Of a stretch of DNA of 64,000 nucleotides, positions 1 through 9,817 are shown piece after piece; position 1 is the stretch's first letter; each line of letters starts with the position of its first letter. Both the position numbers and the translations under genes were made by a program. The notes under the pieces are model-generated. The model saw only the letters and a program-made list of their open reading frames with translations, was not told the origin of the DNA and did no database searches. Origin of the DNA: a virus; IMG/VR virus record IMGVR_UViG_3300030419_007641, positions 64,001 to 128,000 of that record. One strand, given 5' to 3'.

Positions 1-1
1 G

Positions 2-718
2 GTTCTTGATAACAGAGAACTTAACTTCCAAAAAGATATATTATGGCCAATACGCCATCAATTTGAGTCTCAAAACACATCTTACGCAGCTGTTTATGGA
101 CAATGGGCACAAGTTTTTGATGAGTTTGTAGGTGATCTAGTTTGGGTACCATTTTCAGGATATGCAGCTGCAGCAATGGCTAGGACAGACTCTATTGCTA
201 ATCCATGGATTGCACCGGCAGGGTTTACCCGCGGGACAATTAATGCGACGGATATAGCAATTAATCCTAATCAGAAGCAAAGAGATGAATTATATAAGAG
301 CAATATTAACCCGGTAGCGTTCTTCCCAGGTCAGGGGCAAGTTATATTTGGTCAAAAGACACTGAACAAAAAACCAAGCGCGTTTGATAGAATTAATGTA
401 CGGAGATTATTCTTAGCATTAGAAAGACCTACTAAGAAAGCTTGTAGATTGTTTGTTTTTGAGCAAAATAATGAGTTTACAAGAACTAGAATTGTTAATA
501 CATTAACCCCTATCTTCGAAAATGCAAAAAATACTGACGGTCTACATGACTACCTAATTGTATGTGATGAAAGAAACAATACTCAAGCGGTTATTAATGC
601 AAATGAACTTAAAGTCGACATTTATATTAAACCAGTTAGGACAGCTGAATTTATTTTGGTAAGTTTCTATGCTACAAAAACAGATGCAAATTTTGAAGAA
701 TTAGTATCAGGGTATTAG
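2..718 (+). CDS. gp18: Contractile tail sheath protein, C-terminal part (gene starts upstream of the window)
   Basis: Frame is open from position 2 (VLDNRELNFQKDILWPIRH...). Typical sheath C-terminus: PWIAPAGFTRG, INPVAFFPGQG, GQKTL...SAFDRINVRRLF, FEQNNEFTR, VDIYIKPVRTAEFI. Confidence 0.95.
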   Translation, partial: VLDNRELNFQKDILWPIRHQFESQNTSYAAVYGQWAQVFDEFVGDLVWVPFSGYAAAAMARTDSIANPWIAPAGFTRGTINATDIAINPNQKQRDELYKSNINPVAFFPGQGQVIFGQKTLNKKPSAFDRINVRRLFLALERPTKKACRLFVFEQNNEFTRTRIVNTLTPIFENAKNTDGLHDYLIVCDERNNTQAVINANELKVDIYIKPVRTAEFILVSFYATKTDANFEELVSGY

Positions 719-727
719 ACACTTGAT

Positions 728-733
728 TAAATA
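728..733 (+). promoter_or_regulatory. T4-type late promoter core TAAATA (representative copy)
   Basis: Same hexamer 5-6 nt before start codons at 1348, 1867, 3242, 3991, 5109, 12715, 17293, 21386, 28544, 32799, 45948, 55122 (+) and 12359, 60114 (-). Confidence 0.8.
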
Positions 734-738
734 CTATT

Positions 739-1317
739 ATGGCAGCAAATATCCAAGACTTTTATCAAAGAGCTCAAGCTGGGTTCTCGCGAGATTTTTC
801 CTTTAGAATTAAAACAATTTCCTGGGGAATAGAAGGTCTTGAAGACTTTAGCGGAGATAGAGAACTAGTATATGCGCGATCAGCCACATTCCCGGGGCGT
901 AGTATACAAGATAAAACAGTCAACTTTGCTGGGCAAGAATTTCACTTAGGTGGTAAGGCAGATTATTCTGGATCGAGTGGCTGGGGTATAGACTTTTATT
1001 GTGACGAAGAGTGCTCTCTACGCGGTCTCTTAGAAAAAGTGTCTCGAAGTATATTTGGAACAGAAGATGGAAATATTAATGCCCCACCTATAGGCACCGG
1101 AGCGTATGGAATTGGGCAAGGGACTATAAATTTAGAGGTTATAGATAAAAGCTTAGAACCAGTTAGCGAGATTAAACTAATCGGGACACAGCTTAGAGAC
1201 CTAGGCGATATTAGTTATGCTATCGCTGATGGGTCAGGTGAGGTTCAAACATTTGATGCGACCTTCGCCTATCAGTGGTATCAAATACCAACTATAGGGG
1301 AATTTGGAGACGCGTAA
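739..1317 (+). CDS. Tail tube protein (gp19-like), paralog 1
   Basis: Directly after the sheath gene. Tube-like pattern: ARSATFPGR, FAGQEFHLGGKA, W-x-I-x-FYCDE, C-terminal TFDATFAYQWY. TAAATA late motif at 728-733. Confidence 0.75.
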   Translation: MAANIQDFYQRAQAGFSRDFSFRIKTISWGIEGLEDFSGDRELVYARSATFPGRSIQDKTVNFAGQEFHLGGKADYSGSSGWGIDFYCDEECSLRGLLEKVSRSIFGTEDGNINAPPIGTGAYGIGQGTINLEVIDKSLEPVSEIKLIGTQLRDLGDISYAIADGSGEVQTFDATFAYQWYQIPTIGEFGDA

Positions 1318-1358
1318 TTAGAGCTGTAAGGTAATATAGCTGCCGATTAAATATATAT

Positions 1359-1877
1359 ATGGCGGCAAATATTCAAGACTTTTATGAGAGAGCAAAGCTC
1401 GACTTCTCTCGTGATATATCTCTTAGATTGTTGTCGCTTATGGGCATACCGTTCAATGATATAATTCTAGCTAGGACGGCGAGTTTACCAGGACGTATAA
1501 TAGAAGATAAAATAGTTAACTATAAGGGAACCGAATTTCATTATGGTGGTAAAGCAACCTATTCACAAGCTGACGGCTGGCCGGTAGAGTTTTATTGCGA
1601 CATGTCGTGTGATTTAAGGGCTCGACTTGACACAATGTCCTTTCAAACATGGAACTCAAATACAGGTACAGGGGCGACAAGTCTTGGCGGTGATACCATA
1701 ATATTACAAGTACTCGACAAAAAATTTGCACCTCAATTATTCCTTACATTACATGACGCTCAAATTAGAAATATTGGCGACGTTAACTATTCTATTGCTG
1801 ATGGCACTGGTGAGGTAGTTAATTTTCAAACAACATTTGCATATTCAAGATATTCGATGGTAAGTATAAATAATTAA
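1359..1877 (+). CDS. Tail tube-like protein, paralog 2
   Basis: Same N-terminus MAANIQDFY as 739..1317 and collinear motifs (ARTASLPGR, YGGKATYS, VEFYCD, YSIADGTGEV..F.TTFAY). Confidence 0.7.
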   Translation: MAANIQDFYERAKLDFSRDISLRLLSLMGIPFNDIILARTASLPGRIIEDKIVNYKGTEFHYGGKATYSQADGWPVEFYCDMSCDLRARLDTMSFQTWNSNTGTGATSLGGDTIILQVLDKKFAPQLFLTLHDAQIRNIGDVNYSIADGTGEVVNFQTTFAYSRYSMVSINN

Positions 1878-1878
1878 T

Positions 1879-2406
1879 ATGGCAACACCACAACAGTTTC
1901 CAGGAGCCGTTGGGCAATTACCTCAGCCCTTTTTATGGGAGGTGGAATTGACGATGCCTGAAGGTGTCCCCGGGCTTGATGGTAATTTGGGCAATAAGCC
2001 GGCATTTCTAGCACAAGAGGTGACGATACCTAACGAATCAAGCACATTTGCAGAATTTGGGCAAGAAAACAGAGGTGGATTTTTACCCGGGTACGGTCTT
2101 ATGCAAAGAGAGAGCTTTTTAACAAGAACTGTATCTATTAATTTTTTAGAAACTGTGGGCACAGATATTGAACATAATTATCTTAGACCTTGGATGATAG
2201 CTATAGGTAGAGATGGCCTAGTAAATGGTATATACAGAGGTTCTATTACAGTAAAACAACAGAGTAATGACGGTGGTCAACATAAAGGATATCAATTTAG
2301 TCATGTGTTTCCTACGAACTGCGAAGGGTTTACAGTAAACTACGGCTCACAAGACTTCCTAGCCAAAACAGTTACCTTTTCATGTAGGGATTACCGTTTG
2401 ATCTAG
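1879..2406 (+). CDS. Tail tube-fold protein (gp19/gp54-like tube initiator candidate)
   Basis: AQEVTIPNES, VSINFLET...WM, GSITVKQ, VFPT, TVTFSCRDY resemble the gp19/gp54 family. Position fits; TATAAATA at 1865-1872. Confidence 0.55.
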   Translation: MATPQQFPGAVGQLPQPFLWEVELTMPEGVPGLDGNLGNKPAFLAQEVTIPNESSTFAEFGQENRGGFLPGYGLMQRESFLTRTVSINFLETVGTDIEHNYLRPWMIAIGRDGLVNGIYRGSITVKQQSNDGGQHKGYQFSHVFPTNCEGFTVNYGSQDFLAKTVTFSCRDYRLI

Positions 2407-2449
2407 AGACTATCGTTTGCTTAATTAATACTTTAATATAATTATTATA

Positions 2450-3244
2450 ATGGAACTTGCTCTACACCTTCCTAATAATAAGGAAGTGATTGCCCGAGAA
2501 TTTGTTTATAAAGACCTAAAACAATTAATTTATTTAAAAGATTCTTCTTTGGCATGCTCAACTAAATTTTTAGAATCTTTTATTTGTACTAAAAATTTAA
2601 ACGTATTAGAAAAGTTTTCAGCGCTGATACTTTTAAGAAAACGATGTGTGGGTGATAATATCACTATGAACTCTGATAAGGGTGGCATTCAAATAAATTT
2701 AGACTTTATTCTAAAAAATATTGGCGGTGCACAAGAAATTAAAAAACATGTCGATATTAACGATGTAAAGTATGTTCTTAATTACCCGAGCCGATTTAAT
2801 TTAGGAGATTCAGATTCGATATTCTCTTTAATCGAAAGCATACAAATTGGTGACGAAAGAATTACCACTGGCGAGCTAACTAGTGAAGAATTTAATCAAC
2901 TGGTTAATTCTTTACCTAAACAACTTCTACCACATTTAAGTGACTATCTAGATAAGACACAAAGATTTTTTAATATAAATGTTTGGGCGAAAAGAGAGAA
3001 GGTAAGTATAGATGAATTAAGCTTGAACGTTCTTTCTACGGATCTGCCAGCATTTTTAATATCTATTTTTAATGTTATGGTAGAATCCGACTACAGAGAA
3101 TTTCTTTTTGCTTTATCTCACAGGATACCAGATATGGCTTTTTTAACCAACTGCACCTTTAAGGAAATAGAAGATTTCTATAGCTTATATGAACGAGAAA
3201 TTAACAATCGAGATGCTAACTTGCAATCTAGTTCCGCTAATTAA
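2450..3244 (+). CDS. Hypothetical protein, possible baseplate hub assembly protein (gp26/gp51-like)
   Basis: N-terminus LPNNKEVIAREFVYKDLK resembles the gp26-type start. Lies between the tube and hub genes. Confidence 0.35.
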   Translation: MELALHLPNNKEVIAREFVYKDLKQLIYLKDSSLACSTKFLESFICTKNLNVLEKFSALILLRKRCVGDNITMNSDKGGIQINLDFILKNIGGAQEIKKHVDINDVKYVLNYPSRFNLGDSDSIFSLIESIQIGDERITTGELTSEEFNQLVNSLPKQLLPHLSDYLDKTQRFFNINVWAKREKVSIDELSLNVLSTDLPAFLISIFNVMVESDYREFLFALSHRIPDMAFLTNCTFKEIEDFYSLYEREINNRDANLQSSSAN

Positions 3245-3252
3245 ATATTTTT

Positions 3253-3993
3253 ATGATTAGTGACGTTTCTAAATTTATTTCAAAGCTAGATAAGCTTAAT
3301 AATACTAAATTCGAGGTATTTGTACCTTCTTTAAATAAAAAAGTAGAAACAAAAGCATTAAATTTAAAGCAACAAAAAGATCTTATTGCCCCTGCATTAG
3401 ATGGTATAAGGGGTACATTAAATTTTAGCAAAACCCTGAATAACGTTATTATTGATAATTCCGGGTTGAATGACTTAAAGATATATGATAGGTTACCTTT
3501 TACTATACAATTAAGAAAAGAAGCTTTGGGTAATAAAATCCAAACTAATGACGGGGAAGTGGAATTACATAAAATTTTAAATAATATTAAAGAAAATTCT
3601 TTTAATATTGCTCCGGAGCAAACAGTCAGGCATGAGAACTTAACAATACACCTAAAAGTACCGACCCTGCAACAAGAAAATATATTACTTACTAATTGTA
3701 TACAAACTATTAGTACACTAGATGATGATCTTACGGAGCATGTTGGTATTTTATATCTGGTTGAAATAGTAAAGTACATCGACAGTTTAAAAATAGATGA
3801 CGAAGTTGTAGATATGTCTGAAATAAAAATTGAGGAAAGAATTAAGTTAGTTGAAAGATTACCACTAGCCATTTATAGAGATATATCCGAGTTTATAGCC
3901 ACTGTAAACAAATACGAAAATGATATTTTAACAGTAGGCGGTGTATTGATAACTATTGATTCTTTATTTTTTGATTCTTCGAGCGATGAATAA
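3253..3993 (+). CDS. Baseplate hub assembly protein (gp26-like)
   Basis: FVPSLNKKVETKALNLKQQKDL resembles the T4 gp26 N-terminal pattern; IQLRKEALG follows. TAAATA at 3242-3247. Confidence 0.5.
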   Translation: MISDVSKFISKLDKLNNTKFEVFVPSLNKKVETKALNLKQQKDLIAPALDGIRGTLNFSKTLNNVIIDNSGLNDLKIYDRLPFTIQLRKEALGNKIQTNDGEVELHKILNNIKENSFNIAPEQTVRHENLTIHLKVPTLQQENILLTNCIQTISTLDDDLTEHVGILYLVEIVKYIDSLKIDDEVVDMSEIKIEERIKLVERLPLAIYRDISEFIATVNKYENDILTVGGVLITIDSLFFDSSSDE

Positions 3994-4001
3994 ATATATT
4001 T

Positions 4002-5057
4002 GTGGCTGACCAATCTAAAAAACGCGGACTTATGTCTGGAGTCTTCCGAGGAGAACTTCTGGGAAAAATTGACTCTATCGCGGGGGAGAAAAGCAAATCT
4101 ACATTAGAAAGGGATGTAGTTAACTCAAAAAGAATAAATCCGGTATTAACAGGGCCTGAAAGAACGCGACTGGTAAATGAAACCAAGCTATTTTGGGATA
4201 CTTATTTTAAACTGGCTCCTAAGTATCAAAAGGATACAAAAGGTAAGACGAAGGTCGGTAAATCACCGGCTGATAAAGTACTGGAGGATGCTGAAGCAGG
4301 AAGCGTCCAGGGTAAATCGAAAAAAAGTTTGGGGCTGGTAGCAATGGCTTTAGCGAAAGTTGCTGCTGTTGCAGCTGTGGTTCTAGGGGCGGGTGGGTTT
4401 GCTGTTAAAAAAGTAATGGAGTCTATCGATGCTTATAAAAAGATGCGTGATGAACAAAAAGATGCGGAGAGAGTAATTAAGGAATGGCAAAAAAGGTACG
4501 GTATAATGTCAGAGGACCTTGGAAAAAAAAGCGCGGCTGAAGCTGCAGCAGGTAACCCTCTCCAAGCTAAAATGGCTAAATTACAGCAAGAGATGATCGA
4601 TGTAAGCGCGCGTGAGCAAGCAGCTCAAATGAAGGTAAGAACTTCATTGGGGTACCGGATGTCACAAGCAGAGATCGGCGGGGTGTCACTGAGCCCGACA
4701 AACAAACGAGCATGGGCGATGATGGAAAAACTGGCGATCAAGCCCTTTCAGCAGCAGAAAGCAGATATTACAAAACAAATGAACGAGGTTCGACAACAGA
4801 TCAACAACCAGAAAAAAGGTCTTGATGAACAAGTAGCAACAAATAACCACTTATCAAATTTAGTTAAGCTAACAGAGTCCATCGCGAAAAGGGGCGGTGG
4901 AGGGAGTGCACCGGTTCCACCAGTAAATACTAAATCTCCTTCATTAAAATCTGATACTACTGGAGCCGCGCCAGGAGGACCACCGTCAATGGATTCATCA
5001 AGGCTCTCATATTATAATTCACCCGGTAGTATGAATACACCAGCAGTAGTAGAGTAA
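4002..5057 (+). CDS. Helical virion protein, possible short tape-measure/hub (gp29-like) protein
   Basis: GTG start 5 nt after TAAATA. Hydrophobic Ala/Gly stretch (LVAMALAKVAAVAAVVLGAGGFAV), long coiled-coil, Pro/Ser-rich C-terminus. Position in the tail module. Confidence 0.35.
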   Translation: MADQSKKRGLMSGVFRGELLGKIDSIAGEKSKSTLERDVVNSKRINPVLTGPERTRLVNETKLFWDTYFKLAPKYQKDTKGKTKVGKSPADKVLEDAEAGSVQGKSKKSLGLVAMALAKVAAVAAVVLGAGGFAVKKVMESIDAYKKMRDEQKDAERVIKEWQKRYGIMSEDLGKKSAAEAAAGNPLQAKMAKLQQEMIDVSAREQAAQMKVRTSLGYRMSQAEIGGVSLSPTNKRAWAMMEKLAIKPFQQQKADITKQMNEVRQQINNQKKGLDEQVATNNHLSNLVKLTESIAKRGGGGSAPVPPVNTKSPSLKSDTTGAAPGGPPSMDSSRLSYYNSPGSMNTPAVVE

Positions 5058-5119
5058 TAATACATTAATACCGTAAGATTTGTTTAATTAGATACTAAGG
5101 TTGTTACCTAAATATTAAT

Positions 5120-6028
5120 ATGGCGACATATGACATTGTAAGAGATTACGCGTGGACCACTGCGTCTCAAGCAGAGCGGGCAAATGCGCCGTATGTTGAC
5201 GTGAGCGGATGCAGGCTCGATGGGTCTAATTTGCAACAAGCAATACAAGGATATTTAGCGTTCTCAGGTGCTGATGAACCCGGAAAAGATTTTATAAAAA
5301 GTTTATACAAATGTGATCCTAGTAGTGAAAAGCAAAACTTTACATTTCCTTTTTTCGGAACAAATATAAGATCTTTTGCTAATGAATATGCAGATACTTT
5401 TTCCAATATAGCGCAACGGGGTACCGAGTTTCCAGGAAAGCCATTAATTGATGCTGTGCGGACTGGTGCGGACTGGGCAATAGGTGGTCAAGAAGCAATA
5501 ACAAAGCTTATTGATGATGATTGGTTTAAGAAAGGTGTTGAGACATATAATGAATTTGCCGGGAAAATAGGGTTTAATATTTCAATCCCAGAGGCTAATT
5601 CACCTGGTGCACCTGGAACGTACATTGAGTCACCTATGTTTTATCAATATGGTAATACAGATGCCGCATTACAAGTGTCATTTGTATTATCTAATACATA
5701 TGACGAAGCATCAACTAGAAAAAATATAGATTTTATAAATGATTTTACACGATTTAATAGGCCTGAGCGATTGGGCGCTATTAATCTTAGCTACCCTATG
5801 GTCTATAACGTTGTGCTGCCAGGGTGGCGGAAAATAGTATGGGCCTATATAAGTGGGTTTTCTATAAATTTTCTAGGTGCGCGCCGGATCCTTGATACCT
5901 ATGACATGCAAGGTGGAGGCGGCCCCACGATTGTACCAGAAGCGTTTCAGTGCGACTTTGCTTTTAAGTCACTTACAATAGAAAATGCTGAAATGGTGGA
6001 ACCAACTGACGCCGCAAATGTAGGTTAA
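5120..6028 (+). CDS. Baseplate/tail-tube junction protein (gp48-like)
   Basis: C-terminal tube-like fold (LQVSFVLSNT, YPMVYNVVLPG, AYISGFSINF, IVPEAFQCDFAFKSL). Lies just upstream of the gp53-like gene. Confidence 0.45.
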   Translation: MATYDIVRDYAWTTASQAERANAPYVDVSGCRLDGSNLQQAIQGYLAFSGADEPGKDFIKSLYKCDPSSEKQNFTFPFFGTNIRSFANEYADTFSNIAQRGTEFPGKPLIDAVRTGADWAIGGQEAITKLIDDDWFKKGVETYNEFAGKIGFNISIPEANSPGAPGTYIESPMFYQYGNTDAALQVSFVLSNTYDEASTRKNIDFINDFTRFNRPERLGAINLSYPMVYNVVLPGWRKIVWAYISGFSINFLGARRILDTYDMQGGGGPTIVPEAFQCDFAFKSLTIENAEMVEPTDAANVG

Positions 6029-6033
6029 TAACT

Positions 6034-6447
6034 ATGAGCTTAACAGGAAAATTAGGAAGATATCAAAACCGGGTTGCTAATCCGAGTCTATCTGCTATTG
6101 ACATTAAAAAATATGAACGAATCTTTAAAGTCTATACCGAGCCTAATAATGGTAAAGAATTTTATTTTTATAATATTTTAAGAAAAGTAGAATTTCCTAC
6201 TGAGATCCAATCTAATTTTTTATCGGCTTTTAGTCCTCAATCGCGTATGCCTCTCACCACCGTCTCCTTTAATCTGTATCAAGATATAGACAGCTGGTGG
6301 CTAATTTACCTACTAAACAAGGATGTAATAGGTAAACAATTCTATGTGGAAGGTGGTCAGCAATTAAAATACATACTACCGGAATTCAGAGACGTTATTT
6401 ATGACCAGATAACGAATATTACTGTGTATGATAACAGACATTTCTAA
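6034..6447 (+). CDS. Baseplate wedge protein (gp53-like, LysM-type)
   Basis: LTTVSFNLYQDIDSWWLIYLLNK...GQQLKY matches the gp53/LysM pattern (S..LY....WW.I...N). Confidence 0.65.
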   Translation: MSLTGKLGRYQNRVANPSLSAIDIKKYERIFKVYTEPNNGKEFYFYNILRKVEFPTEIQSNFLSAFSPQSRMPLTTVSFNLYQDIDSWWLIYLLNKDVIGKQFYVEGGQQLKYILPEFRDVIYDQITNITVYDNRHF

Positions 6448-7910
6448 TGGCACAAGAATATATAATTAATGGTAATCGGTTTGAATGTGAGTTTAAGATT
6501 ACTAATGCAGATGGTGATAAAAGTGTTGATTTTACAAAATCTGCTATTAAGTCACTTGATTTAACAGAAAATATATTTGAGCCTTTTCAACATGCTACAA
6601 TTACTTTTAGCAATCCTTTTGATTTTCTAGAAAGTGAAATGTTAACAAGGGGCGATGGTAGTGATTTATTCGAATTTTCTATAAAGCCTACCGGGGATCT
6701 GGTTCAGGCAGCTGCTGAAGTCGGTGATACGGATCCTACTTTAAAGTATAAATTTGTAATTGCAGATGAACAAAATAGTACTTCTAAAGAAAGCCGAAAT
6801 AACAATTTAAAAACATACACCTTACTAGATCAAAATTATTGGAAGTTAAATCAGCCTATCCCCTATGGAACAAGATACAGAGGTAAAATAGGGGATATAC
6901 TTAAAGAGATTTTTAAAGAAAAGAAAATAGAAATAAATGAAGAAAAATGGGAATCAGGTGATCACTTCATAGATATTTTTCCAGAACATATTCTACCGGC
7001 CTCCTCTTTTAGATATTCAGATCTAGTAAAATATTTAATTAGATATAATTATAATAATGTTAGCTCGGGTGGGCAACAATCTAGCCCTCAAGGAAATCCA
7101 AGTGAAGGAGATACATATGTCCGGTCTATGCTAATATGGGATCGATCAGATACAGATGGAGATGATGCGGATCGTGACGGGGCATATCACTTTCAACCTC
7201 TCAATAAATTATATGAAAATATAGAATCAACGGAAGCTTTTATAATAGGTGACATGTCGAGTAAATATGCTACCAATGCAAATAATCCCGGGCAGATGAG
7301 GGACCGGGAAAATAAAACTTTTGCTTATAAGAGTGAAGCACATAATACTGATCTTACTACTCCAATGTTAACATATAGTAACGAGTACTTTATAAATTTT
7401 ATTGCCTCGGGATATGATCCAGAATTAGGTCAACACGGATTAAGAGAGATCCGAATTGAGGAGGTGAAAGAAAAATGGAAGGCTATGTTTGTGGATCCAT
7501 TTAAGACGTTGGAGGGTGAACCTGATCCCTTTTTACCACTAAATGAAGAAAAAAAGCAAAGGTTATTTAAAACTTTTAGTTTTCCTTTTAGTCTAAATAA
7601 AGTTGCTAAAATAGCAGAGGCGCAAATGATTTCCGATTTAACTTTTTATAATCTTGAATTGGCAATGACCCAGATAGGGGATACTAAAAGAACAGCAGGT
7701 AAATTTATTGACGTTATGGGAATGGCCAATGCAGTAGATGTAGATGCCAAACTTATAGGGACCTGGCTTGTTACTAAATGCCATCATCAATTTTCACACG
7801 ACAACTACTTTAACACTATACAATGCGTAAAAACTTACGTAGGACCTGGTGGGCAGTACAGTAATAGTATCGACAACGTAAAGAATGACTGCCCGAAATT
7901 ACTAAATTAA
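6447..7910 (+). CDS. Baseplate hub protein (gp27-like candidate)
   Basis: IKSLDLTENIFEPFQHATITFSN at the N-terminus and GDTKRTAGKFIDV...GTWLVTKCHHQF..DNYFNTIQCVK at the C-terminus are hub-like. Follows the gp53-like gene. Confidence 0.5.
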   Translation: MAQEYIINGNRFECEFKITNADGDKSVDFTKSAIKSLDLTENIFEPFQHATITFSNPFDFLESEMLTRGDGSDLFEFSIKPTGDLVQAAAEVGDTDPTLKYKFVIADEQNSTSKESRNNNLKTYTLLDQNYWKLNQPIPYGTRYRGKIGDILKEIFKEKKIEINEEKWESGDHFIDIFPEHILPASSFRYSDLVKYLIRYNYNNVSSGGQQSSPQGNPSEGDTYVRSMLIWDRSDTDGDDADRDGAYHFQPLNKLYENIESTEAFIIGDMSSKYATNANNPGQMRDRENKTFAYKSEAHNTDLTTPMLTYSNEYFINFIASGYDPELGQHGLREIRIEEVKEKWKAMFVDPFKTLEGEPDPFLPLNEEKKQRLFKTFSFPFSLNKVAKIAEAQMISDLTFYNLELAMTQIGDTKRTAGKFIDVMGMANAVDVDAKLIGTWLVTKCHHQFSHDNYFNTIQCVKTYVGPGGQYSNSIDNVKNDCPKLLN

Positions 7911-7916
7911 TTAATC

Positions 7917-9347
7917 ATGGCTGTAGACGCAATACTTAGATTACGAGACGCGGAACCAATTATCGACAATAAGGCTGAGTTATTGAGAGCTTTGGAGAGA
8001 ACTGCTAGCCAGTTTGATGAGCTTATTGGATATCCATTTGGTACTAATGATGAAGCTGCTGACAATGCTAAAGACGGGTTACCATGTTCAGCAGCCGATG
8101 GGGAGTATACAGATGCAGATAAAGAATTTTTAGAGTTATTTAAAAAAATTGCACATGAGGGCACCGATGACTTATCTGAATTTATTGATAAAATAGCCGA
8201 TGAGGGTAATGATATAGATGAAGCCTCTATAATTTACTATATTAATCAGCTTTTTAGTAGGTGGCCACCAGATCTTATCTCAATTATAGAAGGTGTGCCC
8301 CCAGAAATAAAATCGTTTTTTAGATTTGCACCTGATATCATGGGAGCAAACGGCGAAGCATTTGTAAACCGGGCAATTGCTCCAGAGCTTCCGCGATTGG
8401 TTGCACTGGGAGGTTTAATTGCAGCCCGTCCAAATTCTTCGGCGCCTGTATCTAAGACTTCTCTATTACAGAGAGGGCAGGTACCTTTAAATGCTGCTCC
8501 TGTTACTTTTAATAAAAGCCCGGGTATCGTTCAAAAGTTGCTGTGGCAAAATACAATAAACGTACAAGAAGTATATGTACGTAATTTCGATCAGTTGGTA
8601 GCATTTGATAATACTAGTACATTATCCGGGCCGGATCTTGACAAATTAAATGAATTCCGAATAAGCAATGAAGCGGTGCAATATGTAGTAGCAGTAGGTG
8701 CTGAGGCAGGTGAAGGTGAACCTGGATTACCGCCTCATGCAGCTGGTGATCCGAGAGAGGCGACTCCTCCGGTTGCACCTAACGGCCAACCAGGCGGAGG
8801 CGCTGGACCGGCCCGATTTGCTGACCCAGCATTTATGGAACATGACGGCCATAACCATCTGCCACATGCAAATATTGGAGTTAAAGATGTAGAATTCTTT
8901 AATACTATTTTAAAAGTTCATAAATGGATTTATGATAGTGTAGACGAAGAATTAGGTGAAGACGACTTCAAGCTATGTGTGTTCAAGAAAAGAATAAACT
9001 ACTTTAATGCAGAACAAAATATAGCACAGTCTGAAAACGATACAGTAGGTAGAGTGGTAGAATATATTTCTCGCTCATTTGACGATAAATCAGATAACAA
9101 CCAAGCGGCTAATGGCGAGGAGGAAATTATAACTAAGTTTGCTACTATAGAGACTGATCTCTTTGGTAATACATTTACCTCGGCAGATGAAGGTGGAGAG
9201 CCTGGTCGCATGGCCTTTGAATTAACAGTACCTGATCACGGGGCTGAAGATGAAGATGGTACCTTTAAGCTGTATACTGTTAAGGGGCAGCTCGGTAGTG
9301 GAAGAGATGTTAAAGAGGATGATATCGTTAAGGAGTGTAAGACTTAA
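7917..9347 (+). CDS. Hypothetical acidic protein with an internal Pro/Gly/Ala-rich segment
   Basis: 476-aa ORF coupled to the hub gene; no recognisable family. Confidence 0.6.
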   Translation: MAVDAILRLRDAEPIIDNKAELLRALERTASQFDELIGYPFGTNDEAADNAKDGLPCSAADGEYTDADKEFLELFKKIAHEGTDDLSEFIDKIADEGNDIDEASIIYYINQLFSRWPPDLISIIEGVPPEIKSFFRFAPDIMGANGEAFVNRAIAPELPRLVALGGLIAARPNSSAPVSKTSLLQRGQVPLNAAPVTFNKSPGIVQKLLWQNTINVQEVYVRNFDQLVAFDNTSTLSGPDLDKLNEFRISNEAVQYVVAVGAEAGEGEPGLPPHAAGDPREATPPVAPNGQPGGGAGPARFADPAFMEHDGHNHLPHANIGVKDVEFFNTILKVHKWIYDSVDEELGEDDFKLCVFKKRINYFNAEQNIAQSENDTVGRVVEYISRSFDDKSDNNQAANGEEEIITKFATIETDLFGNTFTSADEGGEPGRMAFELTVPDHGAEDEDGTFKLYTVKGQLGSGRDVKEDDIVKECKT

Positions 9348-9349
9348 TC

Positions 9350-9796
9350 TTATACATCAATAATATCGCTATCATCCTTATCTACTAGCGCAGCCATAAT
9401 ATCTTCGCGAGAGAGAAGAACTTTTGTTTGATTATCAACAATGCTAATTCTTTCCTTTGATTCAACGTCCATTCTCTTAACTTCTTTTTGAGTTTCGTTC
9501 CTTTCGTTAGAACTGTGCAATTTTTGTAGTGTATCTATAGAGCCAGCAGTTGCTTTAATTACTTCTGCTAATGCTGCAACATCTCTATTTTCCGGAGCTG
9601 ATGAAATGTAATCATTAACGTTATCTACAATCTCTAAAGACTTACTAACAAGCTTACCAGAAGATTTCATAATAAACTCTTCTAAGTTTTCTTTATCAAT
9701 ATGTACATCTTTTTGCTTTTCACGTACAGCTTCTTTACTACCCTTGATTTGAGTAATAATATCATTTACTGCCTCATCTAACTCATCATTAGCCAT
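9350..9796 (-). CDS. Putative terminase small subunit (gp16-like)
   Basis: Helical pattern KLVSKSLEIVDNV...RDVAALAEVIKATAGSIDTLQKL and tail NQTKVLLSREDIM resemble gp16 of T4-like phages. TAAATA upstream. Confidence 0.5.
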   Translation of the reverse strand: MANDELDEAVNDIITQIKGSKEAVREKQKDVHIDKENLEEFIMKSSGKLVSKSLEIVDNVNDYISSAPENRDVAALAEVIKATAGSIDTLQKLHSSNERNETQKEVKRMDVESKERISIVDNQTKVLLSREDIMAALVDKDDSDIIDV

Positions 9797-9817
9797 TGCA
9801 CATATATTTAATCTATA

